63,648 nucleotides of DNA, filler included, from Reclinomonas americana ATCC 50394 (GCA_048213135.1; 5 parts of 4 records of this genome joined end to end with filler, not necessarily neighbours in it); one strand, 5' to 3'. Counted from the first letter of the whole stretch, positions 12,953 through 25,306 are shown. Numbers and translations: made by a program. The notes: generated by a model not told the origin, from the sequence alone.

Positions 12953-13224
12953 AGTGAGAAGAAGAGTGATTGTGTGTGTGCATTGATGCAGAGTGCGCAC
13001 CAAACTCGGTGCCGGCACTGGTCAGCACGTTCTGGTGCCAGATGACGTTGCCGGGTACGCCAGTGAGCACCTCAGAGAGGAGAATGTCTGTGTGTGTGCG
13101 TGTGTGCGATGTGTGTGAGAGCGCGCAACCATCAACCGATCAGCATTCATGGGGGAGCGTGTGTGTGCGTGTGTGTGTGTGTGCAGAGCGAGGACGCACC
13201 GGCGAGCGTGACAAGCTCACTCAT
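10319..13224 (-). CDS. Protein with degenerate PARP/ADP-ribosyltransferase-like fold flanked by coiled coils
   Basis: The spliced product has ordered PARP-like motifs: VTNVYQMENSVLKRDF; LFLQC...ICVVG; RYFFLCKVFLGK; TYYYADNSLCLP|EFLIQV. ATG at 13224 (MSELVTLA|), TGA at 10319-10321; one small gap. Confidence 0.55.
12707..12950. repeat. (TG)n microsatellite within an intron, broken by a gap
   Basis: Long perfect TG dinucleotide runs on both sides of a 20-N gap. Confidence 0.95.
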
Positions 13225-13535
13225 GAGTGAGTGCGGTCGATGCACACACACACACACAGAAAGGCGATACGAGAGATATCGATGATCAATCGATCGATGA
13301 TGGCTGGTTCGATCGCTGGGGGCGAAGGAGGGACGGAGGGAAAAACAACATAATAACTACATTCACTGTTCGCCGCTTCCTGGACCCGCCTGCAGTCTCA
13401 TGTTGATGCGATCGCGCAGTCGCTGGCGGATTTCGGCACGATCGGGACTGTTGGCGCCGAGAACCGGATCGCTGTCCATGGCTATGCGGGGGAAATGAGG
13501 GAGTGAGAGGATTGCGCGAGATGAAAGGCGTGGCG

Positions 13536-16500
13536 TTAAAAAAAAGCAAACTGACCCTTGCGGATACGCACAGCGTCGGCTTCGCTTCCGCGTCGGGGTG
13601 AAATGCTGCCGGAGCCAGCAGGCTCGAAGCCGTTGCGGTTCATGAACTGGTCGACGGCGTGCGACGGCTTGGGCCGCCGTGTCAGAGGCGACACGCGCGA
13701 CGACGAGGTCGGACTCGCCGCCGCCGCCGCCGCGTCATTGTCGGCTGGTGCGAATGAAACGCGAGNNNNNNNNNNNNNNNNNNNNNNNNNNNNNNNNNNN
13801 NNNNNNNNNNNNNNNNNNNNNNNNNNNNNNNNNNNNNNNNNNNNNNNNNNNNNNNNNNNNNNNNNNNNNNNNNNNNNNNNNNNNNNNNNNNNNNNNNNNN
13901 NNNNNNNNNNNNNNNNNNNNNNNNNNNNNNNNNNNNNNNNNNNNNNNNNNNNNNNNNNNNNNNNNNNNNNNNNNNNNNNNNNNNNNNNNNNNNNNNNNNN
14001 NNNNNNNNNNNNNNNNNNNNNNNNNNNNNNNNNNNNNNNNNNNNNNNNNNNNNNNNNNNNNNNNNNNNNNNNNNNNNNNNNNNNNNNNNNNNNNNNNNNN
14101 NNNNNNNNNNNNNNNNNNNNNNNNNNNNNNNNNNNNNNNNNNNNNNNNNNNNNNNNNNNNNNNNNNNNNNNNNNNNNNNNNNNNNNNNNNNNNNNNNNNN
14201 NNNNNNNNNNNNNNNNNNNNNNNNNNNNNNNNNNNNNNNNNNNNNNNNNNNNNNNNNNNNNNNNNNNNNNNNNNNNNNNNNNNNNNNNNNNNNNNNNNNN
14301 NNNNNNNNNNNNNNNNNNNNNNNNNNNNNNNNNNNNNNNNNNNNNNNNNNNNNNNNNNNNNNNNNNNNNNNNNNNNNNNNNNNNNNNNNNNNNNNNNNNC
14401 ATTGGTACGCGCATCGTTGTTCTCCGGATGCAGCGGGGTGGCAATGGCAGAGACCGGCGCCGGTGACGCCGATGCATCATCCGTTGCCGGTGGCGCCGGT
14501 GCCGCCGCCGCCGCCAAAGCCGTCGTCGCTGCTGGGGTCGGTACAGGTGCTCGTCCGGCCATGGGATTCATAACCTCGCTGCTGTCCTCGTCATCGTCGA
14601 CGGCCGGCGGCGGCGCAGTCTCGTGCAGCTGTCGAGACGGCGACGACGGGATGGCGCCAGAGGCTCCGGAGGGATCTGTGGCATTCGTCTCCTGTGTCGT
14701 AATGGACGGCCGATTGCCGCGCTGGCTGCCACGACGGGAGCGCGGCAACAACACGGCATCAGCCGGCAATGACCACGCCACTTCGCGAGTGCCCGTGTGG
14801 TAAAAGTACTTGTCGCCGTTGGGCGCAAACGCCTCCTTCCAACCCACCTGCTTCTTGCCGCTTCCCGACCGTGAGCGGCCACGCACTGGTCGCTGTTGGA
14901 CATNNNNNNNNNNNNNNNNNNNNNNNNNNNNNNNNNNNNNNNNNNNNNNNNNNNNNNNNNNNNNNNNNNNNNNNNNNNNNNNNNNNNNNNNNNNNNNNNN
15001 NNNNNNNNNNNNNNNNNNNNNNNNNNNNNNNNNNNNNNNNNNNNNNNNNNNNNNNNNNNNNNNNNNNNNNNNNNNNNNNNNNNNNNNNNNNNNNNNNNNN
15101 NNNNNNNNNNNNNNNNNNNNNNNNNNNNNNNNNNNNNNNNNNNNNNNNNNNNNNNNNNNNNNNNNNNNNNNNNNNNNNNNNNNNNNNNNNNNNNNNNNNG
15201 GAGGGTGTGAGATACTGTTGCCAACAAAGTCAGCATTCTCTTGAGCAAACCTCAGCAGAGCCGGGGCTGTCGTTTGCAGATGCGGCGGAGGACGGCGCTT
15301 GCGCTGGCGTCGACTCGGCGGGCGCATGTGACGCCGCCGCCGCCGCCACCACCACTGGCTGCGAATGCTGAGCATGCTCGTGGGAGGTACCTCGTGGCGA
15401 GGTGGCGACCACCACGGCAGCTTGGACGGCAGCAGAGGCCACGGCGCGCGCTGCCTCCTCTTCCTCTAACCTCTTGCGCTCAACCTGCGCAGCTTCCGCC
15501 TCTCTCCTCTTCCGCTCCTCCTCCTCGTGCTCGGCGTGGCGTCGTCTCTCCTCCTCCGCGTGCTGCTCGGCAGCCTTTCGCTTCCTCTCCTCTTCTTCTG
15601 CCGCCGCCGCCGCTGCAATGGCGGCCGCGGCTGCTACTGCAGCGCGTCGCTTCTCCTCCTCTTCCTCCGCGGCCTTTCTCCTTCTCTCCGCCTCCGCCGC
15701 CGCCTCGGCCTCTTCGTGTGCCTTGCGCCGGCGCTGCTCCGCCTCTTCGGCGGCCGCCACGCGCTGTCGCTCCTCTTCCTCGGCCTTGCGGCGTCGAGCT
15801 TCCTCCTCTGCCGCTGCTTGCTTGCGCTTGGCTTCAGCTTCCTGCTGGTGCTGGTGCTGGTGCTGGTGCTGCTGCTGGGGCTGACGAGTGTGTGCATGTG
15901 CCGTGTCGCGACGTGCCTGTGCGTCCTCTGCGGAGAGGGGGCCCGACAGGGTGGTACGCGGTGACGGGCGAGCGACATCCTCATCCTCCAGTCGTGCATG
16001 ATGCAAATCGTGGTCGTGCTCCCCGTGTCGATGATCGGGATCGACCACCTCCTGCAGACGAGGCACTCCCGGCAATTGTCGATCCGACACGTCGGTGAGT
16101 GCCTCGTCCTCCAGACGGCGATCTTCATCGGTCCGGCTCACGTCTGTCGGTGCCAGCAGCGGAGAATTCTGCGAGCGGCGACTCATCCGCCGCTGCTTCA
16201 TGCTCTTGCCGGCCGCCGACGAGAAGAACTGGTTGATCGACTCCTCCATGCGCGTCGTCTGCTCGGCGGCGTCGACCGCCCCATCATCGGAGCCATTCGT
16301 GCCCATGAATGCACGGAACGCTTGCAGTGCCGTGTCTGGCGGCACAGTCGCTGTAGCCACGCTGCTGCTCTCGCGCGAGTGCTCGCTGCTGGCGGCACCA
16401 CTCGAAAAGGCTGTTGTGTTGGCTGCGGGGGCGGACGGCGCAACACCAGAGCTGTGTGTAAGGAAAGGTCGTGGTCAGGGCCCTCAGCATGACATGCAGC

Positions 16501-19073
16501 AAAAGCAAGGAGACAAACCGCGACTGCAGGTCGGTCAGCGCACGAAGAAGGCCATCAATCTGCTGTCGCATGTCGGCCTCGCGACGCCGTGCGGCCTTGA
16601 GCTCGCTCGTCAGATGTTTTATCTCTTCCTCGGCAGTCTGAGTGCCCTTGCGGAATGCACCTGCGACAGGCGTCGGTCAGTGCATGCGGAGGATGGTCAC
16701 TACGTGCAATGAGAGTGAGCACGGAACGTTCATAATTCGACTGCGTGTAATCCTGAATCTTGCCCATGAGGACGCGCAGTAGCTCAGCGATGCGCACTCG
16801 CAGAGCGGCCACGTCGTGAGTCAGACACTCGCGCTGTTGGCAAGGCGTGAGCGACAGCATGTAATACAATCAGTGGGAAGCACACATAAACACACACCCG
16901 TTGATCGGGATGCAGTTCGTTGTCAAAGTAGGCCACTGAGTTGCTCTCAAAAATGTCCAGTGCGCGCAACAGCATGGTACTCCAGTCCTCCATGGTGAGG
17001 ATCTCTGCGCAACAGCCGTGGTGATGAGCGAACAGCCGCATACTCGGGCAGGGCACTCGCGCCTCACGAACCACCATGCTGAGGCTTCCCAGGCGCGGCA
17101 GGACGACGCGACGCGTGAGCGCTTTGCGAGCGACCGTTGCTGCGTGCCGTACCATTTCCATTGCCAAAGCTGCTCTCACTGTGAAACGACGAATCGCCAT
17201 TGGCTGCCGGTGAGCGGGCTTGCTGTGGCGCTCTCCGTTGGGCCGACGTGGAGCGATGCGCGCTGCGAGACCGGCCGCCACCGTCCTCCGACAGAGCCTC
17301 TGCTTTTTTCAACCCCACCACCATGTGAGACAAGCGGTAGGAAGCAGTGTGCCACACGCGCGACTCACCAGGTGGTGGTGACGAACGCGCGGACGACGAA
17401 ATCGTGCGATATCTGCAACCACCACCACCAATGAGACACTCGCGAGTGCATTGTCAAAGAGCGGACACGATGGCACACACCGTCGCTGCGATGCGGACAA
17501 GTCCAGCTTGTGGCGCTGCTCCTCCTGCTGCGCGAGATCCTGCGCCCGGGCCAAGGCTCGCGCCATGCTGCAAAAACAGGGCCCGGTGCGCAGCGGGTGA
17601 GCGNNNNNNNNNNNNNNNNNNNNNNNNNNNNNNNNNNNNNNNNNNNNNNNNNNNNNNNNNNNNNNNNNNNNNNNNNNNNNNNNNNNNNNNNNNNNNNNNN
17701 NNNNNNNNNNNNNNNNNNNNNNNNNNNNNNNNNNNNNNNNNNNNNNNNNNNNNNNNNNNNNNNNNNNNNNNNNNNNNNNNNNNNNNNNNNNNNNNNNNNN
17801 NNNNNNNNNNNNNNNNNNNNNNNNNNNNNNNNNNNNNNNNNNNNNNNNNNNNNNNNNNNNNNNNNNNNNNNNNNNNNNNNNNNNNNNNNNNNNNNNNNNN
17901 NNNNNNNNNNNNNNNNNNNNNNNNNNNNNNNNNNNNNNNNNNNNNNNNNNNNNNNNNNNNNNNNNNNNNNNNNNNNNNNNNNNNNNNNNNNNNNNNNNNN
18001 NNNNNNNNNNNNNNNNNNNNNNNNNNNNNNNNNNNNNNNNNNNNNNNNNNNNNNNNNNNNNNNNNNNNNNNNNNNNNNNNNNNNNNNNNNNNNNNNNNNN
18101 NNNNNNNNNNNNNNNNNNNNNNNNNNNNNNNNNNNNNNNNNNNNNNNNNNNNNNNNNNNNNNNNNNNNNNNNNNNNNNNNNNNNNNNNNNNNNNNNNNNN
18201 NNNNNNNNNNNNNNNNNNNNNNNNNACACTCGCGAGCAACGTCACCCCCGAGCGCAGCCGCCTTCTCACGGCCGTGAAGGAGTTGGGAATGGTCGATGGC
18301 GACGTGCTCAGTCAGTACATTCGCTCGGTGAACTTGGCCTCGGTGGCCGCCGCCAATGCCAATGTCTCTGCAGCAGCGGCGGCGCAGAACACGTCACTGG
18401 GATCGGCCTCATCTCCGGGCACGGGAGGAGCGCCGGCGTTGAGCGCGCGGCGGGCGTCGCCCACGTCACCGCGAGCGCGGCGTTTGAACGGCGTCGCGGC
18501 GGCGCCGTTGTCCATTGACACGTCGGCTGCGGTGCAGCGTGACTTGTTTACGTGCGTGCTTCTCTTTTGTGTGGTCAACTCTCTTTTGCGTGGAGTGAGC
18601 TCATTGGTGGATTGCATTGCAGCAAATTGTTCTCGCAGCAGACGTTTTCGACCCAGATCAAGCACCAACAGCAGTCGCCGCAGGTGCATCAGCAGCAGCA
18701 GCAGCAGCACCATTATCAGCAGGCGAATGGCACCGCAGCGGCCGTGGAACCGTCGCCAAGGTCTGTTTCTCTGTTGGTTTGTTGTCTAGTTTTTTGTTTG
18801 TTTNNNNNNNNNNNNNNNNNNNNACCGTTGCCGCGCAGGGATAATGAGGCGTCTTTAGCGAGCGAGCGAGAGAGAGAGAGAGAGTGAGCACACGCACAGA
18901 GAGGGGTTCGGACGATCACACACACACACACCACTTGAGGCGGGTGTGCTGGCGCTGCCATGACTGGCCACGATGAAAGGAGCGAGTTGTTGCTCAGTGG
19001 AGGGTGGAGGGGGACGCAGGAAGGGTGCGAGGGCGTCGGGAGAGACACCGCCGGGCCTCTGTGAAGTGGCCAT
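13536..19073 (-). CDS. Large low-complexity protein with coiled coil, E/R/K single-alpha-helix region and one WW domain (gapped; part on inverted contig 18226-18803)
   Basis: WW motif 'GWKEAFAPNGDKYFYHTGTREVAWSLP' (about 14765-14850). 'EEEARRRKAEEEERQR' SAH tract at about 15440-15840. Coiled coil 'EEEIKHLTSELKAARRREADMRQQIDGLL'. ATG at 19073 (MATSQRPGG), TAA at 13536. Confidence 0.65.
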
Positions 19074-19245
19074 GGCCCGCTGCTCTTTTTTTCTTTCTCT
19101 TGTCACTCACTCACTCACTGACACGCTGACACTCACTCACACAGTGGACACGATCACACAATCACAATCACAAACGAAGAGAGATGTCGGGAGACGGCGT
19201 TCTCTCCAGGTGCGAGGGAGTCGATGAAGATTACAGTTCACTAAT

Positions 19246-20518
19246 TTACAGAAACCGACGATTGAACAGAACGCCGCGAGTGTGCTTGTCTGGAGGCATC
19301 TCGACCAGACTCGGATCGCAAGTCATGGATTTGGTAATGTCGACCGGCTCGTTGCCGTCTTCGCCGACGTCGACGTCGTCGTTGACGACCAGCCAGTCGC
19401 CGCGCTGCTTCATCAGGGCGATCTTCTCCGAGGCCACTCGCAGGTAATTGTAGTGCAGCATCACTGGCTCCGCCTCGGCCTCCAGCAGGTGCCGCTCGTA
19501 AATGTCCTCGTGGAGAATGTGGTAGTGGCCGGTGGGGTAGAGCAGCGGCGGCAGGATGCACACGCGTGTGCGTTTGGTGTCGCGCACGTCGTCGCCGCTG
19601 GTGGCTGCCGCGATTGCGACGGCGGTGGTGGCGGTGGGCGTGTTGTGTGTCCAGTCGCGCACGTGAACCCACAAGTCGCGGCGGTCGCGCATGATGCGCT
19701 CGAGAATGGGTTGGTTGAGATCGTCGCCGGTGCGAATGCCCTCGGCCCACGCTTGCATCAGGCGCATGGCGCGCGCCGAGGAGCCTCGCATGAGCCACAG
19801 GCCGGCGCAGAGAGGGTACGGCGATGGCGTGGCCGCAGTGGGTATGGGGTTGGTGGGGTGCCGATGATCCGACTGCACCATCCAGTCGCACACATACGAC
19901 GCGTCATCATCGTCCGCCGGCGACACAAACGTCGCCACCGTGGGCCGACCACGCGGGAAGTCACTGGTAAAGTGCCGTCGCACTGCCATGTCGGGGTCGA
20001 CATGCAGCACCGAGTAGCCATACGACAAGATGACCACGAGAGCCTCCCACCGCTGCGTCACAATCGAACGATACGCCGCCGAACCGTACTCGCTCGCATG
20101 CTGCTCGCCCAGCTCACTCGCCGTCGGCGGCACATAGTGCACCACTCCGCGTCGCGCCAGAAAGTTCGCCATGCGACTGTCCAGCGCAATCACCAACACC
20201 TGCGACTCCACCCACCGCTCCAGCTGGCACAGCAGGTTGAGCACCATGGAGCGGAATGCAAAGTTGCCCTCGGTGACCACCAGCGGCCGATCGCGACGGA
20301 ACTCGCTCTCCACCAGCGCACGCAGCCCTGACCATGGGTCTTCATTCGCAGACGGCGCCTCTGCTGTGTGGAGAGAGAGAGAGAGTGAGTGGTGAAGGGA
20401 GAGATGAGTGGAAGAGTGCGCAGTGTTTACCTTGCGGCTCTGCAGCGCATGCGAGTGTGGCGCCCAGCAGCAGCACGAGCAGTAGCAGGAGCACGAGCGC
20501 CCTTGCTCTTCGCTGCAT
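19246..20518 (-). CDS. Nucleotide-diphospho-sugar transferase (GT77/Nucleotid_trans-like) with N-terminal signal/anchor
   Basis: Exon 1 is MQRRARALVLLLLLVLLLGATLACA. The large exon 2 has the DxD motif 'GYSVLHVDPDM', 'LCAGLWLMR', 'DLNQPIL' and C-terminal 'HYNY...EKIALMKQRGDW', typical of this family. Confidence 0.75.
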
Positions 20519-20594
20519 GCTTGCGTGAGAGTGTGTGTGTGGTTATTCCGCTCGCGCGCGACAATGTTTGTTCGCCCCCTGCTCTCCCTTCAGA

Positions 20595-21061
20595 ATGACC
20601 AAGATCTCCACACACGTTCTCGACATCTCCCGCGGCTGCGTGGCACGCGGCATTCGCGTAGACCTCGAGCGAATGGATTCCTCTGGCGCCTCTTCTTCTT
20701 CCTCCTCTTCCACTGGTGATTTCGTGCTGGTCGGCAATGGAGTCACCGACGACGATGGTCGCGTGCGTGTGTGGAAGGGCGACAGCAGTGAGGCCGGCAG
20801 TGGTGCTGCAGGTTGCGTTTTCTTTCCCACCCCTCTGTGCATTCGTTTGTGTGTGTGTGTGTGTCGGCATTGATGACAATGGTGATAGATGGAACGACGT
20901 ATCGCCTGACGTTCCACACGGGTGAGTATCTGGCGGCGTACGTGGAGCGTCCGTTCTTCCCGATTGTGCAGCTGGTGTTTGTGGTGCCGAATGGGCAGCA
21001 GCACTATCATGTGCCGCTGCTGCTGTCGCCGTTTGGATACTCGACCTATCGGGGATCGTAG
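20595..21061 (+). CDS. URAH: 5-hydroxyisourate hydrolase (transthyretin-like)
   Basis: N-terminal 'ISTHVLD', 'TDDDGR', and C-terminal signature 'HYHVPLLLSPFGYSTYRGS*'. One intron starting at 20812. Confidence 0.93.
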
Positions 21062-21201
21062 TGCGATTGTCGATGGTTGTTTGCTGCTGCTGTGGTGACG
21101 CGTCGAATGCAACAATTCACTGTTTTCACTTGTGTGCTTTTTGACAATGGGGATGGCGATGAGAGACTGCCTTGTGTGTTGTTTTTTCGCTTCTTGTTTG
21201 A

Positions 21202-23993
21202 TCACAGCAAGTTGCAGTCGTCTCCCTTGTCCTTGCGCCTCTGCTTCTCCAGCGCCTTCATCTCGTCCTTCGTGATCTGTGGTGTGTGTCGCGCTTGTGA
21301 GTTATCGAGTGGAGGACGGGGGCTTCGAGGGCGCGGCGGGAACGCACCTGTCGACCTTCTTGTCGTGCGCGATGCTGCAGTTCGGCCAGGCGCCGCTGAT
21401 GATCCTGTGAAAAGGAAGCGATGAGTGAGGGAAGGCACAGCACTCGACGCAACGGGCGCACACATACCTCCTCCGCACGCTCATCCTGCCCGCACATCAA
21501 TGGCATACACAACAGAGTGAGAAACAGGTCCTCTAAGGCAAAGCGTGTGGAAAGATCACACAACACACACCTGTGACATGTTGCGACGACGGCGATGCTC
21601 CTGGCGCGCCTCCTGCTCCTCCTCGTACTGCAGCCGCCGTGCCAGCTCCTCGTCCGTTCTGCGAGAGAGACAGAGAGCGATAAGCAGATGCGGAGACACA
21701 GATTCCGTCTGCCGCGCGGCGCAACTCAGGGCCGGCGGGGTATTGCGGCGGACGATTGTAGTTGGGCTGGTGACGCGGATCCACAGCCTGCACATATGCC
21801 GATGTGGGATGCGCCGGATGCTGCGGGCCAGAGGACTGAGCGGGTGCCTGCTGCACGAACCAAACGAGGGGTGAGTGAGACGGAGAGGCGGCACAGCGGT
21901 GTGTTCCTTGCGTTGAAACACACACCCCGTGATGCTGTTGCAGGCTGGCCACGAATCCAGGGCCACAGTACTGATTGTTGCCGCTGACCTGCGCCACAGA
22001 GGAGGACGCGACTCACTTCAGTAACGCAGTCGAGCAAATATGCTCTTGTTTGAAATACGCAACATTCTCAAACAACTCCCACATGACGTCGGGCGCATCG
22101 AGGAAGCCAACATCGGTGGCCAGCAAGTACAGCCGACCGTGGAATTTGTACATGGTGCTGAAGTGATTGTTGCGGAAGAACACGGCCATTTCCGTCTGCG
22201 GCGAAAAAATGGATGAGTGTTGAGCGGCTGGCGATGAGAGAGACAATGCGCACCTCTCGCACGAGGTCCTGCAGCGCGCCAAGACCCCATTGTGTCAACT
22301 GACTCGCCGAGGCCTCCAGGAAGCTGTTCAACAAGTCGGCTTCGTACACCAACTGTTCCCTCTGCTCCTCTGTCATGCCTTGCGGTGGAGGTCCATCTGG
22401 GCACACGAGAGTTGGGCACTCACACACACACACACGAACACACGCACAGAGAGAGAGGTATGTAAAAGACGCACCATGCCGCAGACTTGAAGCGTTGATA
22501 ACCTGCTCCACCACTTGGTTGTAGCTCTTGTCGCCAATGATGCGCTTCAGCTCTTCGTTGGTGGGATCCACCACCCATCCGTGGTACAGGTTGATGCCCA
22601 TCATGTCGAACACGTCCATCTGCGACGTGTACTCAAAGTCCGACGGACTGTGCATGCCAAGTAAGCAATGCGAACAAAAACAGACGGCGGGAGATCCAAC
22701 AATGAGGGGGCGGACCTGCGGAAGCGCACATTGACGTCGAGGCCGCGGAGGAGCATGGGGAAGTGGCCAATCACATCCGACAAGTGCTCCACAAAGCCCG
22801 GCTGTTCTTGTTGCTGCACGCGACATGCGATGAGATCGAGAAAAAATGAAGCAACGTACTGGAAAGATGATGGCGGCACAAACCCTCTGCGTGTGTCTGA
22901 ACATGTAGTCGCCGAGTGTCTCGAGCAGTTCGCGCGCCGAAATCATCGAGATGTCGGAGTGGATGGAGATACACCGAGCCAGGAGGAGACCATTGGCTGC
23001 ATTGCCACCGTCAGCCACATCATCACAGATACATCACGGTCATCGCAAGCCATCACTCACCCAGTGCCTGATTGTCGTAGTCGACAGAAGGAGGAAGAGA
23101 AAGAAGGGGGTGAGCAAGTGACACAATAAGAGGGAATCACGGAAGGCCGGCTCACTGTGACAGCACACAACACACGTCAGTCAAGCAGCAGAACACAAGG
23201 CGGCGACCGCGCAAATGTCACTCACTGCACCGACAAAGGCGCGTGAGTGAGCAACACAATCACACCACGGACAACTTCTTGCCACTCAATCACTCACCCC
23301 AACAAAGGACACGGGCCGTTCTCATTCTGCAGCACTGCAAGCAGCAACACGCAGACCACCGTGAGCCAACCCAACAACACGCACACATCGCCACACTCAC
23401 AATCATCGAACACGCACCAATCGACACCGGTTGCCCGTGGAACGAGGTCCGCTTCAGGTGGAACATACTCTCGCCTCCCGACATGGGAGCCGGTGGCGCC
23501 GCACCAGCCGCCGGCACTGCTGCGACTGGAGGCGGCGGCGGCGGAGGCGGCAACAACACTGCCCAACACTTTATGAGCACACACACGCAGACGGACAGAC
23601 GATTCTCTCTTAACAAATACCTTGCTGCGCCTCCTGCTCGGCCACTGCGGCCGCCACCGACGCATCCTGCTCGACTTGTCGCTGCACACTGGCGGGCGAC
23701 ATGAGACCCGGGTGGTGTTCCCGCTGCACAGCGGCCTCTGACACAATCACTGGTGCAGGAGGTGGCACTGGATGTGCTTCTTGTGCTGGTGGAGGTGGTG
23801 CTGCTGCTGCGTGATAGACAGGAGCGGCGATCACCTCTGCAGCTGCTGTGTGTCACAGAGCGTGTGTGTGTGTGAGAAATCGTTTGACAGGAACATCATC
23901 TCGTGTTGTTGTTTTCACGCAACGATGTGCGGCCACGACTTCTGTGGCGAACGGCGGCAACATGTCGTCATCTGCGACGACTGGATGCGACAT
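21202..23993 (-). CDS. MINDY1: MINDY-1/2 family K48 deubiquitinase (FAM63/DUF544) with MIU motif and C-terminal CaaX
   Basis: Catalytic Cys motif 'QNENGPCPLLALAN', 'GLDVNVRF', 'LYHGWVVDP', 'SASQLT', catalytic His 'VFFRNNHFSTM', 'LYLLATDVGF', MIU 'DEELARRLQYEE', and ends 'DCNLL*'. Confidence 0.93.
23068..23299 (-). other. Complex intervening sequence: three nested spliceosomal introns (double [D1,2] stwintron)
   Basis: Minus strand reads TTG|G G GTGAGT..73 nt..GTGCAG TGAGT..TCACAG TGAGCC..ATCAG|GCACTGG. Only sequential excision restores the frame PCPLL-ALAN. Confidence 0.8.
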
Positions 23994-24309
23994 TGTGTCT
24001 GCGCGTGTGTATGTAAGAGGAGGGAGGGGGACAAGTCGGTGAGCGCGCGCGAGAATACACAACAACAAAGAACATCGCGAGTTGTACTCACGTGTGACTC
24101 TGTGTGAGTGAGTGAGTGTGAGAGGGAGGGGTGTGTAAGGTGCCTTGCGTGCGCTCGCTGACTCGTCACTTCGCGGCCCTTCGCTGCGGGAGGATTGTGA
24201 CAACGACAAAATTTCATCCTCTTGTGTAGATTTGGCGTTTTACATTCTCGCGTTTCTCTCTCTCTCTCCCCGCTTCTCTCCTCGTTGGCTTTCACACGAG
24301 CCGTACATG

Positions 24310-25286
24310 TTACATCACGGCGCCCTCGTTGAATCGATCTTCGCAGAAAATAAGTTGCTGCACCAGTGATAAAAAGCCGGTGTTTTCCGGTCCTGTATCA
24401 GTCAGGCAGGAAATCGGTGAGTCGATGGGGTTACATAGCAGCATGTGTGGCGTGTGGCGCCGTACCGACAGCCTGCACGAGTGCGTCCGCCACTTGGTCG
24501 TCGTCGTCGGTCGACTGCAGTCTGTGCAAGACGTAAGAAAATGTAAGGATCGCATGACATGGCTCGCGAGGTAACTCTTTGAGAATGCGGTAGGCTTGGA
24601 AGAACGCGTCAAAGCCAAGGTTGTCCTCGAGTAGCACGCGCAGCGCCTCGATGCGATAGCAGAGGCTGTCCTGGGGGGTGACACTCGGTAGACGCAGTGT
24701 GGCACCGTCCAGCACGAAGCGGCCGAGACCATCGGTGGGTGGTGTATCGGCTACATCCACATCGTCGTCTTCCTCGATATCCGAGGCAGAGGCCGATGGA
24801 CGACCGGCCACGGTGGGGGCGGTGGCCACCGACGAGCTGTTGGCCGACGACTTGGGACGAGAGGGCGCGGAGCCCCATTCTTCGTCGCTGGACTCGGTGT
24901 CCTGTTCGCTCATGCCCAGCACGCCTCGCAAACTCGCCACCATTTGCTGGTACTCCTCGTCGTCCGTGTTCAGCACCTCATCCGTGTCTGCATAACAACG
25001 CGTGTAAGCAGCGCGAAAGAAAGAAACATCAGGCAGCAAACGAACCAGGTGCGCTCACAGCCTCGTCGTCGTCGGCGGCCGAGAAATCTTCGTCCTCGTT
25101 GAACACATCGGCTGCAGCAGGTGCCTCCGCAGCGGCTTCAGCTGCCGCGGCTGCCGCCGCCGCCGCCAGCTTCACTCCACGCATGGACTCGGCCATCATG
25201 GCGCGCGAAAACGTCGCACCCAGGTCCAATGGAGCCGCCGGTGCCGCCGCACTGAAGAGCACACGTGAGCGATATGTACTCACGAG
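24310..25286 (-). CDS. C-terminal part of a probable NEK1/NIMA-related kinase-like protein (kinase domain not in window)
   Basis: 'DSLCYRIEALRVLLEDNLGFDAFFQAYRILKE...LVQQLIFCED' resembles the conserved NEK1-type C-terminal helical domain. Three in-frame introns. Confidence 0.55.
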
Positions 25287-25306
25287 NNNNNNNNNNNNNN
25301 NNNNNN

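Noticed and set aside
12653-13045. ORFs encoding poly-CV or poly-HT (also near 52060 and 60550)
   Set aside because: Translations of intronic (TG/CA)n microsatellites.
21447-21453. GTTGCGT on the minus strand in the MINDY 3' region
   Set aside because: The frame requires the upstream GAG|gtatgt donor, so it is not counted as a splice site.
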